A stretch of 63,848 nucleotides of DNA, counting the filler, from Calcarisporiella thermophila CBS 279.70 (taxonomy: Eukaryota; Fungi; Calcarisporiellomycota), in NCBI RefSeq assembly GCF_041956535.1. It is 8 parts of 8 records of this genome, joined end to end, with 100 filler letters (N's around TTAATTAATTAA, not from the genome) between each part and the next. Parts side by side here need not be neighbours in the genome. Positions count along the whole stretch, not along the records: positions 12,015 to 14,681 come from NW_027192279.1; positions 14,782 to 18,827 come from NW_027192196.1; positions 18,928 to 27,980 come from NW_027192200.1; 5 more parts are not named here. The stretch is one strand, 5' to 3'. This document shows positions 12,404-26,039 of this stretch, in pieces (within the stretch, counting starts at the first letter, position 1; each line of letters opens with the position of its first letter). A program made the position numbers and the translations under genes. The notes below the pieces were generated by a model. That model did not search any database, had not been told where the DNA came from, and worked only from the letters and a program-made list of their open reading frames with translations.

Positions 12404-14660
12404 TCAATCTGTGGATACCAGGTTAGTCTTCAAGAAAGGTGTGACGATAACGCTACGATCAAATGGTTGTTGGCACTTTGGGTTTCCTTGACCATCGTAG
12501 TAATTGACCCTTATCACCTCTTCAGGGAGTGCAATTGTTTCAGACACGCACAATCGCTCAAGTGCAGCCAACAGTGATTCCTCGAATCTGAAGGAACGAT
12601 AATTGGACATAAACCTGTAAATGGCACTATTATTATGCGAATGGGAAGAGTAACGGAGAGAAAAGGGAACGGTTGGTGAACTCGAACATCCCCATATTCC
12701 AACATGTTCACGTCGGAGAGATATGTAGAGGTGAAGGTGCTTTGGTATGTGCTCATCGAACCAGTTCACAACACATGACTCCATATTTTCAGAGTTCACT
12801 AAGATTTCTCTTGGGTTCTCCGATTCCTGATTCATAACCTGGATGGTGATACAAGAGTAAAGTCCATTTTTTAAACGAACTGGTAAAATTAGGTCTATCG
12901 ATCTATTGTTTCTGGGAAGAGTGATTGCTGCACGTCTCATCCAGCAAGTTTTAAGAAGGGTGGGATCGATTCTACATTGCGATGGCTTTCCCCAGAGGGT
13001 AAGAAAATGATTGAACGCTACTTCTCCGCTGCCAATTATGCCAAGAGTCAGCTCCAGTATGTAAGCATCCTGGATAAAATCAAAATATTGCCTGTTGACT
13101 ACGGGTAATTTGCTTTAAATAAGTTTAGATGCAGTGTATTGAAATCAACCTGAAAACGGGTCATCTATTTACTGACTTACCTCCTACCTAGCTTCTGCCG
13201 CTTGGCTGAGCGTTCTCCACCAAAAATTAATTGTGTGAAAAATTGACTCACAGTTACCGGCTCCCCAAAAATGGATCCTTTGGTTTGTTGCATCGCTCGA
13301 AGCACTGCGAGACGAACAGCGATTTCACCACATTCTCCTCCATGTGCAATTCCACGATGCAGAGCATCTACTAAAACATCAATGGATTTTGCCCATTGCG
13401 AGTCCGTTTTAAGCGCATTGAGGGCTCCTGCCGCAAGAAAGGGCTCCGATGGATAGGTAAAATATACCTCTGAGCGATTTGCTGCGATTCCTAGGACCGT
13501 TGCCATGTGGTCTGCAACCAACGTCTGTGCAAGTTTAGTCAGAGGTGAAAATTTTATGGCTGCCAAACAGGCTAACTGAGCCAATATTGCATATTTTTCG
13601 TCTCGTTTTGTGCCGGTCAATTTTATCTCAGCCAGTTTTACCACTTCCTCCAGAACCGAGCCTTCCGATAAAAGCGCCCCGAAAAGTGGTCGGCCGTAAT
13701 ACGCGAGTTGTTTCGGTGTTGGATACTCAGGCATATCAGAGGCAAAGACATCGATCATTGCTACATCGAAAAAAGGCTGAAAAAGAGTAAATGCCGCTTC
13801 GCGTGCAGAGGGATCAATCTCAAAACTTGGATGAAAGTCATTGAGCTTTCCGCTAGTGCTTAGGCATACAGAAAAGAACCCCTTCCATTGAAGCTTTCGG
13901 ATACCGCGACGCCAGATTCAGAATTTTAGGGAACAATTTGCACCCATAGCTTCATCAATTAATTCATGCGCCTCATCAAGACAGCACGTCAGCTGAATTC
14001 TACCGATATCCGCCCCAATAGTATCCCTAGTCAAAAAGTTCACGTCTTCAATCGCTGCCTTCGCCGCGTTTCGCGAATTCTCATCGTTAAAATAGCTGGA
14101 CGAGAAAATTTAGATATATATATACACTATCAGATTCAAAAATGATAGCATAGAAAAGCTACTTACCAATCATATGCACTCTTAATACAATTCCAAAATT
14201 CTTCGCTTTTTGATCGATCTTCTATTTGCATTTTCCAAAATTCACTAGCATTCAATTTACGACTCCTAATTTCCTCAGCAACAGCAAGCATGATCACCGA
14301 AAAATTTTCAAGACTAGGATCGGAATTGACTAGCTGGTTTAGGACCCAGTCAATCTGAGGAGAAGCCGGAGGAAAACCAGTCGAGTTTTCAGAGCGTTTG
14401 CAAATGTATAAAACGTGCACTTTTTGAGCAACTTTTGCAATCATCCGGGTTTTCCCGTAGCCTGAGCTTTGTATCACCGGCACATAAGGCGCGACCACGG
14501 GACGATCCTTATTCCATTCATCATGGCACCAATTCAAATAGGATATAAAATGTTGAACCGCGGCATTTGGATCTTTATAAGTGGTATTGAAAGCTTTTTC
14601 TGCCATTTGCGACCGGTTATCAAGCTCGAGTCTATTTAACAACGCTAATTTTTCTAGATA
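12404..14660 (-). pseudogene. Crinkler-associated-type P-loop ATPase gene, disrupted
   Basis: APYVPVIQSSGYGKT Walker A, LDEAH Walker B, YGRPLF, YPSEPFLA, GECGE and IDLILPV motifs. In-frame TGA at 13918-13920 and a frameshift near 12960. The 5' end is lost at the gap. Confidence 0.7.
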
Positions 14661-15474
14661 GGGGAAGTTAGGAATTGAATGNNNNNNNNNNNNNNNNNNN
14701 NNNNNNNNNNNNNNNNNNNNNNNNNTTAATTAATTAANNNNNNNNNNNNNNNNNNNNNNNNNNNNNNNNNNNNNNNNNNNNCTCCCATATACTGTAATTC
14801 GTACGAGATTGTAATTAATTATTCAGAATTAAATCTTTCTCTCTATCTCAAACCCTTGTAACAAGACACAAACTTATGAAATTGTTATAGGGCTCCTTGA
14901 CTGAAGTCGGATGTTCCCATTCATTTGTTTTACTTCCTGCGTAGCCATCCCTAGGCCAGAAATTGAGTGAGTAAACGGTAAATCTTGGGATGGAGAGATG
15001 ATTTCTTTATTGAATATGTGAGCCCACTGTGAAGATCTTCACTCGTATTCCATTTTAAGCGACATCTAGATCGCCATTGTCAAATGATTGGAGTAGTCTA
15101 TTAAATTGTAGATATTAAAAACGTCATCAACGAAAATTCGAGCTTGTGAAAATGATAAACGGAAGTATAATACGCATTATTTTGCGCTAATTTATTGAGC
15201 CTATACTTTGTATTGATTAGACGACAGAAAGCAAGGAAAGATGTACGAATTTTCTTGTAAGTATCAAAAGAAAGATTGAAAGAATATATCAAAATGTATT
15301 CTATAATCCTAACCTATCTATTTTATATATATTTTGCCAATCGAATTCATTACTACTGAAATCTATGTTTACTTAGATCTTAAATCTATAGCATGTAAAT
15401 ATAATATTCTACTAAAACATCCTCCTTAAATAGGCGATTAAACTACAGATTAATAGATTTACAAAGTCAATGTT

Positions 15475-16621
15475 CTAAAAGGTTGAATCTTTATAAAATG
15501 GATAATCGATATAGCCTTCCTTAGCACCAGCACTGTAAAACGTGTTGCGATTATAGTTGTTCAATCTCCACCCATTCTTGACACGCAGAGGCAGATCAGG
15601 ATTGGAAATAAAATAGCGTCCAAATACTATCACATCATTTTCATATTTTTCAGCAATTTCAGTGGCACTTTCAGGAGTGAATCCACCAGCACGCAATAAA
15701 GTTCCTTTCCAGATTTTTCGAAATGGACCCAATGACTGTATAGGATTGTCATTGTCTTGGTTATCATCGACACGAGACTCTACAAAGTGTAAATATGCTA
15801 ATCTAGGAAATTTTTCTTGGATGTTCTTCGTGAGAACGGAGAAAGTGTCAACGGGGAAAGCGTCGTGCATATCTTGGAAGCTAGAATATGGAGATAACCT
15901 AATGGCAGTTTTACTCTGCCCAATTGCTTCGCTTACAGCTCCAATTACCTCCAATGCCAATCGAATACGGTTCTCTGCTAGTCCTCCATACTGGTCTGTT
16001 CGATGATTTGAGTTTGATTGTAGGAATTGGTCAATTAAATAGCCGCTAGCTCCATGAATTTCGACACCATCGAATCCAGCCTCAATTGCATTCAAAGCAG
16101 CTTGCTTATAAGTGTCCACAATATGTGGGATTTCGGAGGTCTCTAATGCTCGAGGAGTGGGATATGTTTTGCCATTCAAATTGTGACCAGAGATGGGGAT
16201 GGCAGAAGCTGAGACGCTGGGAACAACATCTGCTCTACCCATGAACCATAGCTGCATGAATATAAGACCCCCTTTTGCATGGACAGCATTTGTGACCCTC
16301 CTCCACCCTTGGATTTGCTCCTTCGTATAGATGCCTGGCACATTAGGATAATTACCAGCAAGTTCTGATACATATGTTGCTAAATAATCCACGTCAGGGG
16401 TCTTAAAACAATAATACTCTTAACTGAAATTACTCACCTTCAGTAATAATCAATCCACCTTCGCTTGATCTCTGCTCATAGTATGTTTTGGTTAAATCTG
16501 TGGGAACACGATTCTCATCTGCTCTGAACCGAGTCAATGGGGCCATGGCAACACGGTGTTTGAGAATATAATTGCCTAGCTTAATAGGTTGGAAGAGCTT
16601 GAGAGATCTTGAAGTTGTCAT
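15475..16621 (-). CDS. Old yellow enzyme family NADH:flavin oxidoreductase, 2 exons
   Basis: HRVAMAPLTRFRA, GGLIITE, GFDGVEIHGASGYLIDQF, GRYFISNPDL, GYIDYP. One intron at ~16381-16436. Confidence 0.92.
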
Positions 16622-18455
16622 GTTTTGAAATTAACAAAGCTAATTCTTAGGTTAACCTAACTCATAAGGATCTTATCATTATATAGGATACCGAATTGAC
16701 TTATAAATCTATGCTTACAAATCGAAATGACGAGAAGAAAGGGATCGATCTCACAATTGTGCATTATTGGATAAGTGTTACCCATCATAATCCATTGATG
16801 TTTAAGTTTTAAATAATAGGATTTACCGAAATAGTAGTCACTATTTGGCAATAAAATTTCCTCTTATATTCGAATCTATGCTTAAATTTCTTAAGAGATG
16901 ATCTAAAAATGAATATGAATAATTTAAGGGCTAAAGTAGATATTATAACCATCAAGTTTTTGGGAACGCTGTGGTGTCAGTGCCTATGCTTAGAGAGTTA
17001 TACCTTGAGAATTTTGTTCCGCTAAAGAAAACTCGCGCAATGCGAAAGAGAAACCTTTCTCTTTTGGCCGTGTGCTATGGTGTAAAATCCAGAGATATGC
17101 CCGGCTACAGTAACACATCTCTATATAAGGTGAGTTAGTGAAGCTACCCCAAAATATTAGTTTCCAAATTTTTTAAAAGCAACGAGGGCACACCTAATTC
17201 CGGAGACAGTACAGTAGCAAGCAGGATAACAAAAATTCTGAAATCATTCCCACACAATTAGAAGAACGTTGTACTCTTATGCAAGATATAGGATATAAAT
17301 CTAAACACGATATAGACAGCAACTAACTGATCTCAGCAGCGATCTATGAAGGAATAATCCTCTCTGTGAGACATTACGACGAAATACTCTCCAAGAAATG
17401 AAATTAAGACACAATGGTTATATGACATTAGTCGAGCTTGTGAAGGCCAAATTCCTATGTGCAAGTGCCCAAGATGGATGAAATTTGGCTTCCACCCAAT
17501 ATGCCCCTATGGGCGAAGAGTTACGAATTCGGGATGCTTCTCAAAGCTGAAGTATAGATTAAGAAGAAATTATCCAATATTTTAGGTTCAATTTGTCGAA
17601 TGTTTCCACATATTTTTTATCGTATCGAGATCTGTTTAGAGCTCTAATATTTAACTACATTTCATCTCTATTTTGCATGCTTGAAGTACAAATCAAGGAC
17701 GGAAGTATCAAATTTTATCTTCCATTACAGGAGGTTAGGACCTTCAACCAAATTGATTAAATCCGAATTTCACTACTATTTAAACATAACATTTTGTTTA
17801 TATTTCACCTCTCTTATGTATATATTTAAGAAGGTAATTCAAATAGAACAGATTTAAAAAATTTTGCCTTCGAAAACAATTTATTTAATGCTTTAGCCTA
17901 TTATGCCACTTTTAAGATAATATAGCAATCCCGATACTAGATTCAAAAGTTCTAAAGTAATGAGATTTATTACAAGAAAAACAAATGCAAATTTGAAATT
18001 GCAAGCTAAGTGACAATATGAATTGGTAAATGAAACATTGTCATCTAATAATTATCCCCGGGAAAACTCATTGAGCTTGCCAGTTGGCCGATTTAGGGTT
18101 ACACATAATTACAGCCCCGTCCGAAATTGGAGGAATACCCAAGCCACATCTCCTTGGACGCCAAATGTTTCATCATCTTCTCATAAAATTAAAGTGAGAA
18201 AGTTATTATAAAAAAACTGCAGAGCCTACACTTTTTTTAGGGATATGTGCATGCCATGTTTAACAAACAAAAGTTGGCGCTCTGGGAAGTTGAAGTTATA
18301 AAAAGTGCATTTCTACATATTTCAATATCTTATATTTTGTATACAATTTCTTTACAATCGAATTTTTTTTGCTCTTTTATCCCTTTCTTCCCATTCTACC
18401 CCGATATATAAAAAGTGCTTATTCTCTAATAACAATATTGATAAGAGCTGCCAGG

Positions 18456-18827
18456 ATGAAACCCATCCCTAACAAGATCCGCGCTAGTATTATCCAGCGC
18501 GCAAAAGAAGGGGCCTCCTCACGAATGATTGCTGATGCTCTGAATATACATCACACCACGGCGGCAAAGGTCGTCAGAGAGGAAGCGAGGCAACGTCCTG
18601 ACCTTAAGAGGCCATCTGCCGGTCGCCCTCGAAATCTGAGTGAAAGAGATGAAAGAAAGATTGCTACACTATTAGTATCCGGCCGGTGTAAAAATGCAAC
18701 CGAGGTGACAAAACTCCTGAAAGCCGAATACGATATGGATGTGTCAACTAGCAACGTAAAGAGGATCATCCAAAGAAATGAACTGCTCACTCGAGTTCTT
18801 CCAAAGAAGCCTCTTCTTACAGCTTCA
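18456..18827 (+). mobile_element. Tc1/mariner transposase N-terminus (HTH, GRPR), runs into gap
   Basis: AGRPRNLSERDER...KKPLLT, homologous to 52100-52340. Confidence 0.85.
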
Positions 18828-18927
18828 NNNNNNNNNNNNNNNNNNNNNNNNNNNNNNNNNNNNNNNNNNNNTTAATTAATTAANNNNNNNNNNNNNNNNN
18901 NNNNNNNNNNNNNNNNNNNNNNNNNNN

Positions 18928-19830
18928 GTTCGATTTCGTAATCATCTAAATACCGAACCTGGATATACCTCTCACTATCATACCCTTCGTCAACTTCTTC
19001 TATCTCTAAGTGAATAAAATTTAGATTTAGATATTTTATAATTGGGATGAAATACCTTAAATCTTTTAAAGATGTTCGATTTCGAATCATCTAAATACCG
19101 AACCTGGATATACCTCTCACTATCATACCCTTCGTCAACTTCTTCTATCTCTTCCTCTCTCTTTCTTTTAAGAGTTCTATCTGCTGCAATCCGAGAGGAT
19201 TCTACAAGAAAATCCAAAACGATTTTGGGCACTATAAAATCGGGAATTCAGGATAAGTCAAAAAGTTCAAAACTCGAATTTCTAAAGGATTAGTACCTTT
19301 CTTGCGTTTAACTGCTCGCTTTGTTACTAAAGTGGGAGTTGAGTCAGTTTGTATGTTTGGCTGTCCTCCATTCAGCCTTGTATCGTCTGTATGCAATCAA
19401 TTAGGAGAGGTTAACAATATGAAAAAAAGTATACAAACTGACATTACCTTGTGAGGTTGACGATACAGCTTTCGACTTAACTTCCCGAGCAGTTCGCGGT
19501 TTGTTGTCATCAAATCTAAAGCTCAATCGTCTAAGAAATTCTCGGGGAAACTTCTCTGAGACTACTGAAGACAGTTTTTTCTTGATTCAGACTTTTCATT
19601 GACCTGAAGAATTGCAAGTTGACGAAGAGTTTGATAATAAGGATTATCCGTGTGCTCCAGTAGATGATTAAATAAAATTGTTCCATCTCGTGAGTCAAAA
19701 AAGATCTTGCAACTTCCTCTAGCTGTTCTTTATGAACAAGCGAAGAGGAAAAGTCCTCCAATCCTATCTGACAATTCTTCTGCGAAGAGGATAGTAAGAA
19801 ACGAGACTTAATCTGGGAAATAAAACGAGG
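18928..19830 (-). mobile_element. Partial second copy of the Sola-like transposase gene (5' part)
   Basis: PKIVLDFLVESSRIAADRTLKRKRE..EGYDSERYIQVRYL and RFDDNKPRTAR match 26200-26730. Confidence 0.7.
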
Positions 19831-20427
19831 AATAATGTGGAGAGAGCCGACATGATGAATATAAAAATGAATAAAATAATGCAGGATTTAGTATATGAAT
19901 TGTAACGAATTCAATGTAGATCAAAGAAGCGTAAAAGTGATTTCGAGAATAAGTATTCTTGAATATATATTGTATTTTTAAGGAAATATTAATACAGTTG
20001 CAGAGAGTTCTGAAATTCTGATCCTTTAAAGTCTAAATACGGTATATCTGATCAAGTTGAAAACTCCCAATTTCTAAATCCAGTATGTCTGCTTAGGCTT
20101 GGAATCTCCCAAAGAGTAACAGGTTGCAGAGAGATCTAAAACCTTGATTCTTTTACCTCTATGTATGGTATGTATGATCATATTTGGAATCTTCCAATTG
20201 CTAAATCCAGTATGTCTGCTCAGGATTGAAATCTCTATAAGATTATTTAATAATCTTATAATAGTGATTGCTTGCGTCTTTTCTTTTTACAATTTCATCC
20301 CAGCCTTCTATTCTTCTTCCATTATCTACTCTACTTCATTTAGTAACAACTCTTTCGCCCTTAACTCTCTCAAACAAGCTCATTTTCTAAAACATTTCAT
20401 TTATTAACGCACTATTAATGACACCAA

Positions 20428-23063
20428 ATGACGAACGAAAAAAGACTCTTTTGCATTCTTGAGGGCGAATCCACAGCATTCTCAATTAAAATCCCAAAAG
20501 AAGACACTGTGGATGACCTTAAGGGAGCTATCAAAGAAAAAAAGTTAAAGATCTTCGGTGACGTTGATGCTGACTCACTCATACTCTGGAGTGTCTTGAT
20601 CCCAGATAAAGGCATTCCAGTCAAAGTTGATGATGTTGAACCAAAGACTCTGCTTACCATGTCGACAATGACTATTTCGAGTGTATTTGGTGAGAACCCT
20701 GCGCCGAACACTATACACTGTATTGTCCAACGACCTGCCTCAGCACAAGGTATTAAATTAGAATGACTTGTTTTTCGGTTTTCTTAATGATCAATCAATT
20801 TGTATATACAGCGAAATTCGTTCAACAAGACCAGATTACTGCAACACTGAATCAGATCATCTCCATATCGAAAAAGAATCACAATGCTCACATAGTGGAT
20901 AAAGCTAGCGTCGAGCAGAGTCAAAAGCATCTATTCGGTCGCTTCTATAAATCCATTTTACCATATGGCCATACAGCGTCAGACATCAACCTACCAATGC
21001 TTGGAAAGTTGTTGGACATGGACCCAACAGTATCTTCAGATAATCCTCAAACTTTGCTTGATATTGTTAACGATGACGCTAGCAAGTCAACTGACCACTG
21101 CGTTGTGGCATTGATTGCTCGGTCAGGATCAGGGAAAACAGCCACAGTAGTTGATTTGGCAAGACATCACTTTGTTGTGTACGTTGTATGTTCTGATCCA
21201 CACTCTCGCAAACCACCCGGATTTCAGGATCCAAACTTTAAAAAGCTCGCGAAGGAAGCCTATGATTTTCATCGCAGGGTTTATGAGAAATCTCCAGAGT
21301 CATTTGATCAGGTATTATTCAAGGACAGTACGCTGAAAGACTTAATCGAAGATCGTATCAACCTAGAGTTCCTAGCTCGCCTGTTGTTCCTGTTGATGCT
21401 CTTCGACATTAACAGTGACCTCTCACCAGAACAGTTCTTCCGTGAGCAGACTACTACAGGAATTTCAACAATCGGAAAACTAGTAGGAGCACTGCGTGTA
21501 TATGATAACATTACAATTCAAGCAATGTTACAACAAGTTCAGGACATAATTGCGGAGAAGCTCGGTAATAGAGGACTCGCAATTGCATTAGATGAGGCGC
21601 ATATAGCAGATGAATACATCTTAAAAGGTCAATTCATTGCACCATCAGCAGTCAACAAGAGCGAGGAGGATCTAATGGACAACAAGTTAATGTTAAAGAG
21701 CATATATCGTCGTGGCTTTCTCACGCCTTTGTGCTCATCACTTTCCACCATACGCGCGACTTTGATTGTCCTTGGGACCTCGTTATCTCTTGGCAATGCA
21801 GAGCATGTCTATACGGCGATCGGCAAGCCTGAGAACTTTCTAAAGATTGTCAACTTCCCATCAAGTGATGGTGAGGATGTGGAGAGAATGTTAAAGAGGA
21901 CCCTAAACTTGGATGATTGCGTAATTGCTGACGCCAAGCGACAGAAGCTCAGTGGACGTGCTCGATTTGGAACCAGAGTTATTAAAGAGCTCTCTGCTTT
22001 ATGCGATTCTGGTACTGGATCCAAGCAAGAATTGATTGATAAATCTATGGATCAGACTATTCAACTGTTGAGAGTGGACCTAGTTGCAGAAATTGAAAGC
22101 AAAATTGAAAAGTACAAGGATATCATACCTCTTCTTTGTCGCATGGTTATGGCATTCAAACTTCATCGTGGCAAGATTTCATTCCCATACAAATCGGAGT
22201 ATGACTTCGTTAACAACTTATGTGCTCTGCGCCGCGATAATAATAGCTTCCATTGGGTCATGGATGAGCCATTGGTTATTGATGCTATAGAGGAGGTACT
22301 TCGAAATAAACGCATTGATGCATCATATATTACTCACCTTCAACAACTGGACTAAGTTATTCAACTTCTGGGTGCGAACTCGACTACTAAAGGAAACGCA
22401 TTCGAACCGCTAGTAAGACGTTCCTTACAACGTTTCAATGGATATCAGCTTTCAAATCTACCATTTCTAAAAGGATTAAATCTACCTGAATGGTGCAACC
22501 AGTTTACGATTCAAATTGATGAAATCAACACAGCAGAGGGCTATGGTTTTGGCAGCGGCGTGGAAGGCGACCTTAACTTTCTAGTGAATCGACCGCTACA
22601 TAAGCTGCTTGAAGAACAGCCTGGAACACGTCAGGACGGTGCTTGGTTCTTTAATAGAGAATATGCTGGCTCTCTTGCGATTAAACTCTACTCATCTCCA
22701 ATATCGAAGATAAGATGCAATGAAAACGATTCGTCAAGTGACATACGCCTTAGTTTTCTAAGTAAGAAAACCGACAAACATGAAGCACTAAAGGGAATCA
22801 GGCAAAAATTTGAAGAATCGAAGGTACCTACGGAACTTAAAGGAATACTACGAATCCACCTCCTATTTCCAAGAGTTCAAGACAACACCCCGAAATCTTA
22901 TGTGAAGCAGAGAATTGATAATGGCTTTGTGGAGGAAGATGTCATGGTCTATATCGACACTAGTAATATGGATAATTTCTTTGACGAGAATATTGAAGAT
23001 CAGAAAGAGTGTATCCACACTCTAAAGGAGATCATCAAGTTTGTGACGAAGGACCTGCAATAA
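20428..23063 (+). pseudogene. Crinkler (CRN)-family gene: ubiquitin-like header, P-loop ATPase, putative PD-(D/E)xK nuclease; one in-frame stop
   Basis: Header LFCILEGE..TVDDLK..ILWSV..IHCIVQRP. Intron at ~20749-20810. ARSGSGKT and LDEAH motifs. TAA at 22353-22355 is followed in the same frame by GNAFEPLV..RQDGAWF..IKL up to 23063. Confidence 0.85.
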
Positions 23064-23476
23064 AACGACTCGTCAATGATGACTATGCTATTGTTAAAGC
23101 CTATAGATAGCGCAAACATAGCTTCTACGCAAACAAAAATCGAAACATGGCACTATGAGCGGTCTATTGAATAACTGTTTCAATTAATTAAGTTTGCCTC
23201 ACCTTAGTAAATTCTACTTCAACTTGATTTATTCTTTATAACTAACTCCAACCTGAACAATAATTGTATATTATAAAATTCCACTTGAACGGCTTATATC
23301 ACATATACAATAGAATATCCGTCAATAGACTCCTTTAGGAAAAATATTCATTTAATCTGAAATTTTTGGAAATATGCCTATTGAAGTTATACATGGCTTT
23401 TGGCTTTTTTATCTCTTTCTCCATAAAGGCATAATAAACAAAAGCCAAGTTTCAGCATAAACATAGTACACTTGGA

Positions 23477-23878
23477 TCACCATCCAGTATATCCCCCTTT
23501 GGCTTCAAGAATGTCTTTTACCCGCTCAGGCATCGTGCTAATAAGCTTTTCATAAACATCCTTTGGGATAGATTCCCAGACGATGTTAATTTTTTCCCAT
23601 AAGTCATCCTTGCCTGTAATTTTCGGAAACATACTCCTCAGACGCCTCTTCACTTCGTCCCATAAGTTTTCAATGGGATTAAGATCAGGAGATTGTGAAG
23701 GCCAATAAAGAACTTCGACGTTGTTCTTTTTAAACCACCCATCGATCAACTTCGCTTTGTGCTTATGGTCATTATCATGTTGAAAGTTGAGCTCTTTCTC
23801 ATTTATATCGTACTACTGAAGAGTGGCCTTCAATTTATCGTCGAGGATTTGAGAATACAGTATTCCATCTAGACCATC
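23477..23878 (-). mobile_element. Tc1/mariner transposase C-terminus
   Basis: FQHDNDHKH, WPSQSPDLNPIENLW, KGGYT. Interrupted at 23879 by an LTR. Confidence 0.9.
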
Positions 23879-26030
23879 TGTAGGATTTCTCGAGTTCTGG
23901 AGTGATCGGAGTTCCAAATATTCCAAGTAATTCAAGATTAAGATTGATTAATCCTATTCATTACAAAAATTCAAGGACTATTTATAAACTCTAGAAAACA
24001 CTCTTTACATAATACAAGTGGGTATTAAATGGTCAATGAAAAACTGGAGTAAAATTACAAAACCAAAACTATCTATCTAAGGTAAAATATTCCAATTTGC
24101 TCTGAAGATAAGAGATAAGAAAAATACGTAAAGATAATTCAAGATATGTAAAGTTTATTCATTACAACTCTCCCCTTCTTAAAAATCACCGTTCGGTTAT
24201 TTTAAAGTTACTTAGTCGAATTTTCGTATTCTTCTAATGCTCGTTGTGCATTTTCTAAGTTCTGCTTAGGCTCCCAAGTAGAATCCGTTTCGTCGTAGCC
24301 GGCCCATTTGATTAAATATTCAACTCGTTCGTTGCGGTCGAATTTCCCTGCTCTCTTTTCCATGATGCGCTCGACTTCATATTCAAGTCCTTGCTCTGTT
24401 TCAATTGGCGGCGGGGACTGAACAACTCTGCTCGTTTATTCTTGAGGGCTCTCGTAGTATCGCTTCAGAAATGAGGCATGAAAAACTGGATGGACTCTAA
24501 GTGACTCGGGCAACTCGACTTTGTAAGCTACAGGCGATATCTTGTCTATAATCACGTATGGTCCGATGAACTTGTGATGTAAGTTGGGTGTTCACCGTCG
24601 AAATTGTGACCTTGTCTCCCATGTTGAACTCTTTTTCCTTGCAATCTTGGTTGGCGAACTGAGCTTGACGTGATTTCGCGATTGATAAATTATCCGTAGT
24701 GCTCTTGAGTAGGTTTGACATTCTAAGGATGAAGTCTTCAGTTGTTTGGACGTGGATTCTGTGTGGTGTGAAGTTCAAAAGGCTTGACAGTACTACTGGG
24801 TGTTGTCCGGCGTTAAGTAAAAATGGGCTCATTTTTGTTGACGCTTGCTTCGCGTTGTTGTATGCGAACTCTGCAGCCGTTAAACATTCGTCCCGATCAT
24901 CTTGTCGATACGAAATGTATGCTCGAAGCATTTGTGCTAGGGTGCAGTTGGTTCTTTCAGTTTGACCATCGGTTTCCGGGTGATATGCTGTTGATGTCGC
25001 GAGCTTCGTTTCTAAATAATTATTTAGTGCTTTCAGAAGTTACTAATAAATCATCGATCTCGATCTGATACCATCACTTGTGGTAATTCATGCAACTTGA
25101 AAACGGTGTCGAAGAATAATCTCGCTATCTCTGGCGCGTTAACTGAAGTGGTCGCTGGAGAAAAGTGTGCCATTTTCGTGAGTTGATCAACGAATACTAC
25201 TATCGCGTCGTATCCCTTCTCGATTTTGGCAGATGCGTTATAAGGTCCATCGATACCTGTTGCCACTTTTGCGTTAGAGTCTCGAGTGTTTGTAGAAGCC
25301 CTGCTGGAAGACTGTTGCTCGTCTTGGTTCTTTGGCATATCTCGCAACTCGTCACATATTTCTTGACGGCATCTCGTAATCTCGGTCAATAAAAAAATCG
25401 GTGAACTCGTTCGTAAGTTTTCTCAATCTCTAGGTGTCCTGAAGCTGGAATGTCGTGATGTTCTTGAAGAAGCTGAAGTCGTATCTCCTTGTCGTTCGGA
25501 ATGCATAATCTTTCCTTATCTCCTCCCTCCCCGAAGAAAAGAAGATCATCTCTTAAGTCGAAATACCTGATGCTGTGAGCTATATCCTTTGGAATTGGCT
25601 GTTCGGATCCTCGAGTTGTTCATAAATGTTAGCAAAATCTGGGTCATTTTTATACATGATTCTTATCTCGTTTAATATCCCAGTGGGCGGTTGAATTGTC
25701 GAAATTGTGTTGATCTCGAAATCAGGTCGTCTTGAAAGAGTGTCGGCTACTATGTTGGTCTCTCCTAGCTGACACAATATTTCAAAGTCGAATTCCTGAA
25801 TTATTTCCATCCATCTTGCTTGTCTTCGCGTGAGCGTTGGTAGAGTCTGGAAGTTTATTAGTGATATGTGATTCGAATAGATCTTGAAATGTTGTCCATG
25901 AAGATAGTATCTCCAAGTTCTAAGCGCATGAATAATTGCTATTAGATCGTTTTCGTGAGTTGCATAGTTCTGTTCAGCTGAAGTTAACTTGTGTGATTCG
26001 AAAGCTACTGGGTGAAGCATTGCTCAATTC
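23879..26030 (-). mobile_element. Chromoviral Ty3/gypsy 3' part: RNase H, integrase, chromodomain, PPT and 3' LTR (23879-24166); degenerate
   Basis: RNase H (HPVAFES..EQNY..WRYYL..ADTLSR), integrase (VDQLTKMAHF, SDRD, EFAYNN), chromodomain [21 protein letters not shown] at ~24230-24390. PPT AAGAAGGGGAGAGT precedes a TG..CA LTR. Confidence 0.9.
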
Positions 26031-26039
26031 TTTTTTCAT

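Noticed and set aside
18928-19152. ~146-bp tandem duplication within the transposase copy
   Set aside because: It lies at a contig end and cannot be distinguished from an assembly artefact.
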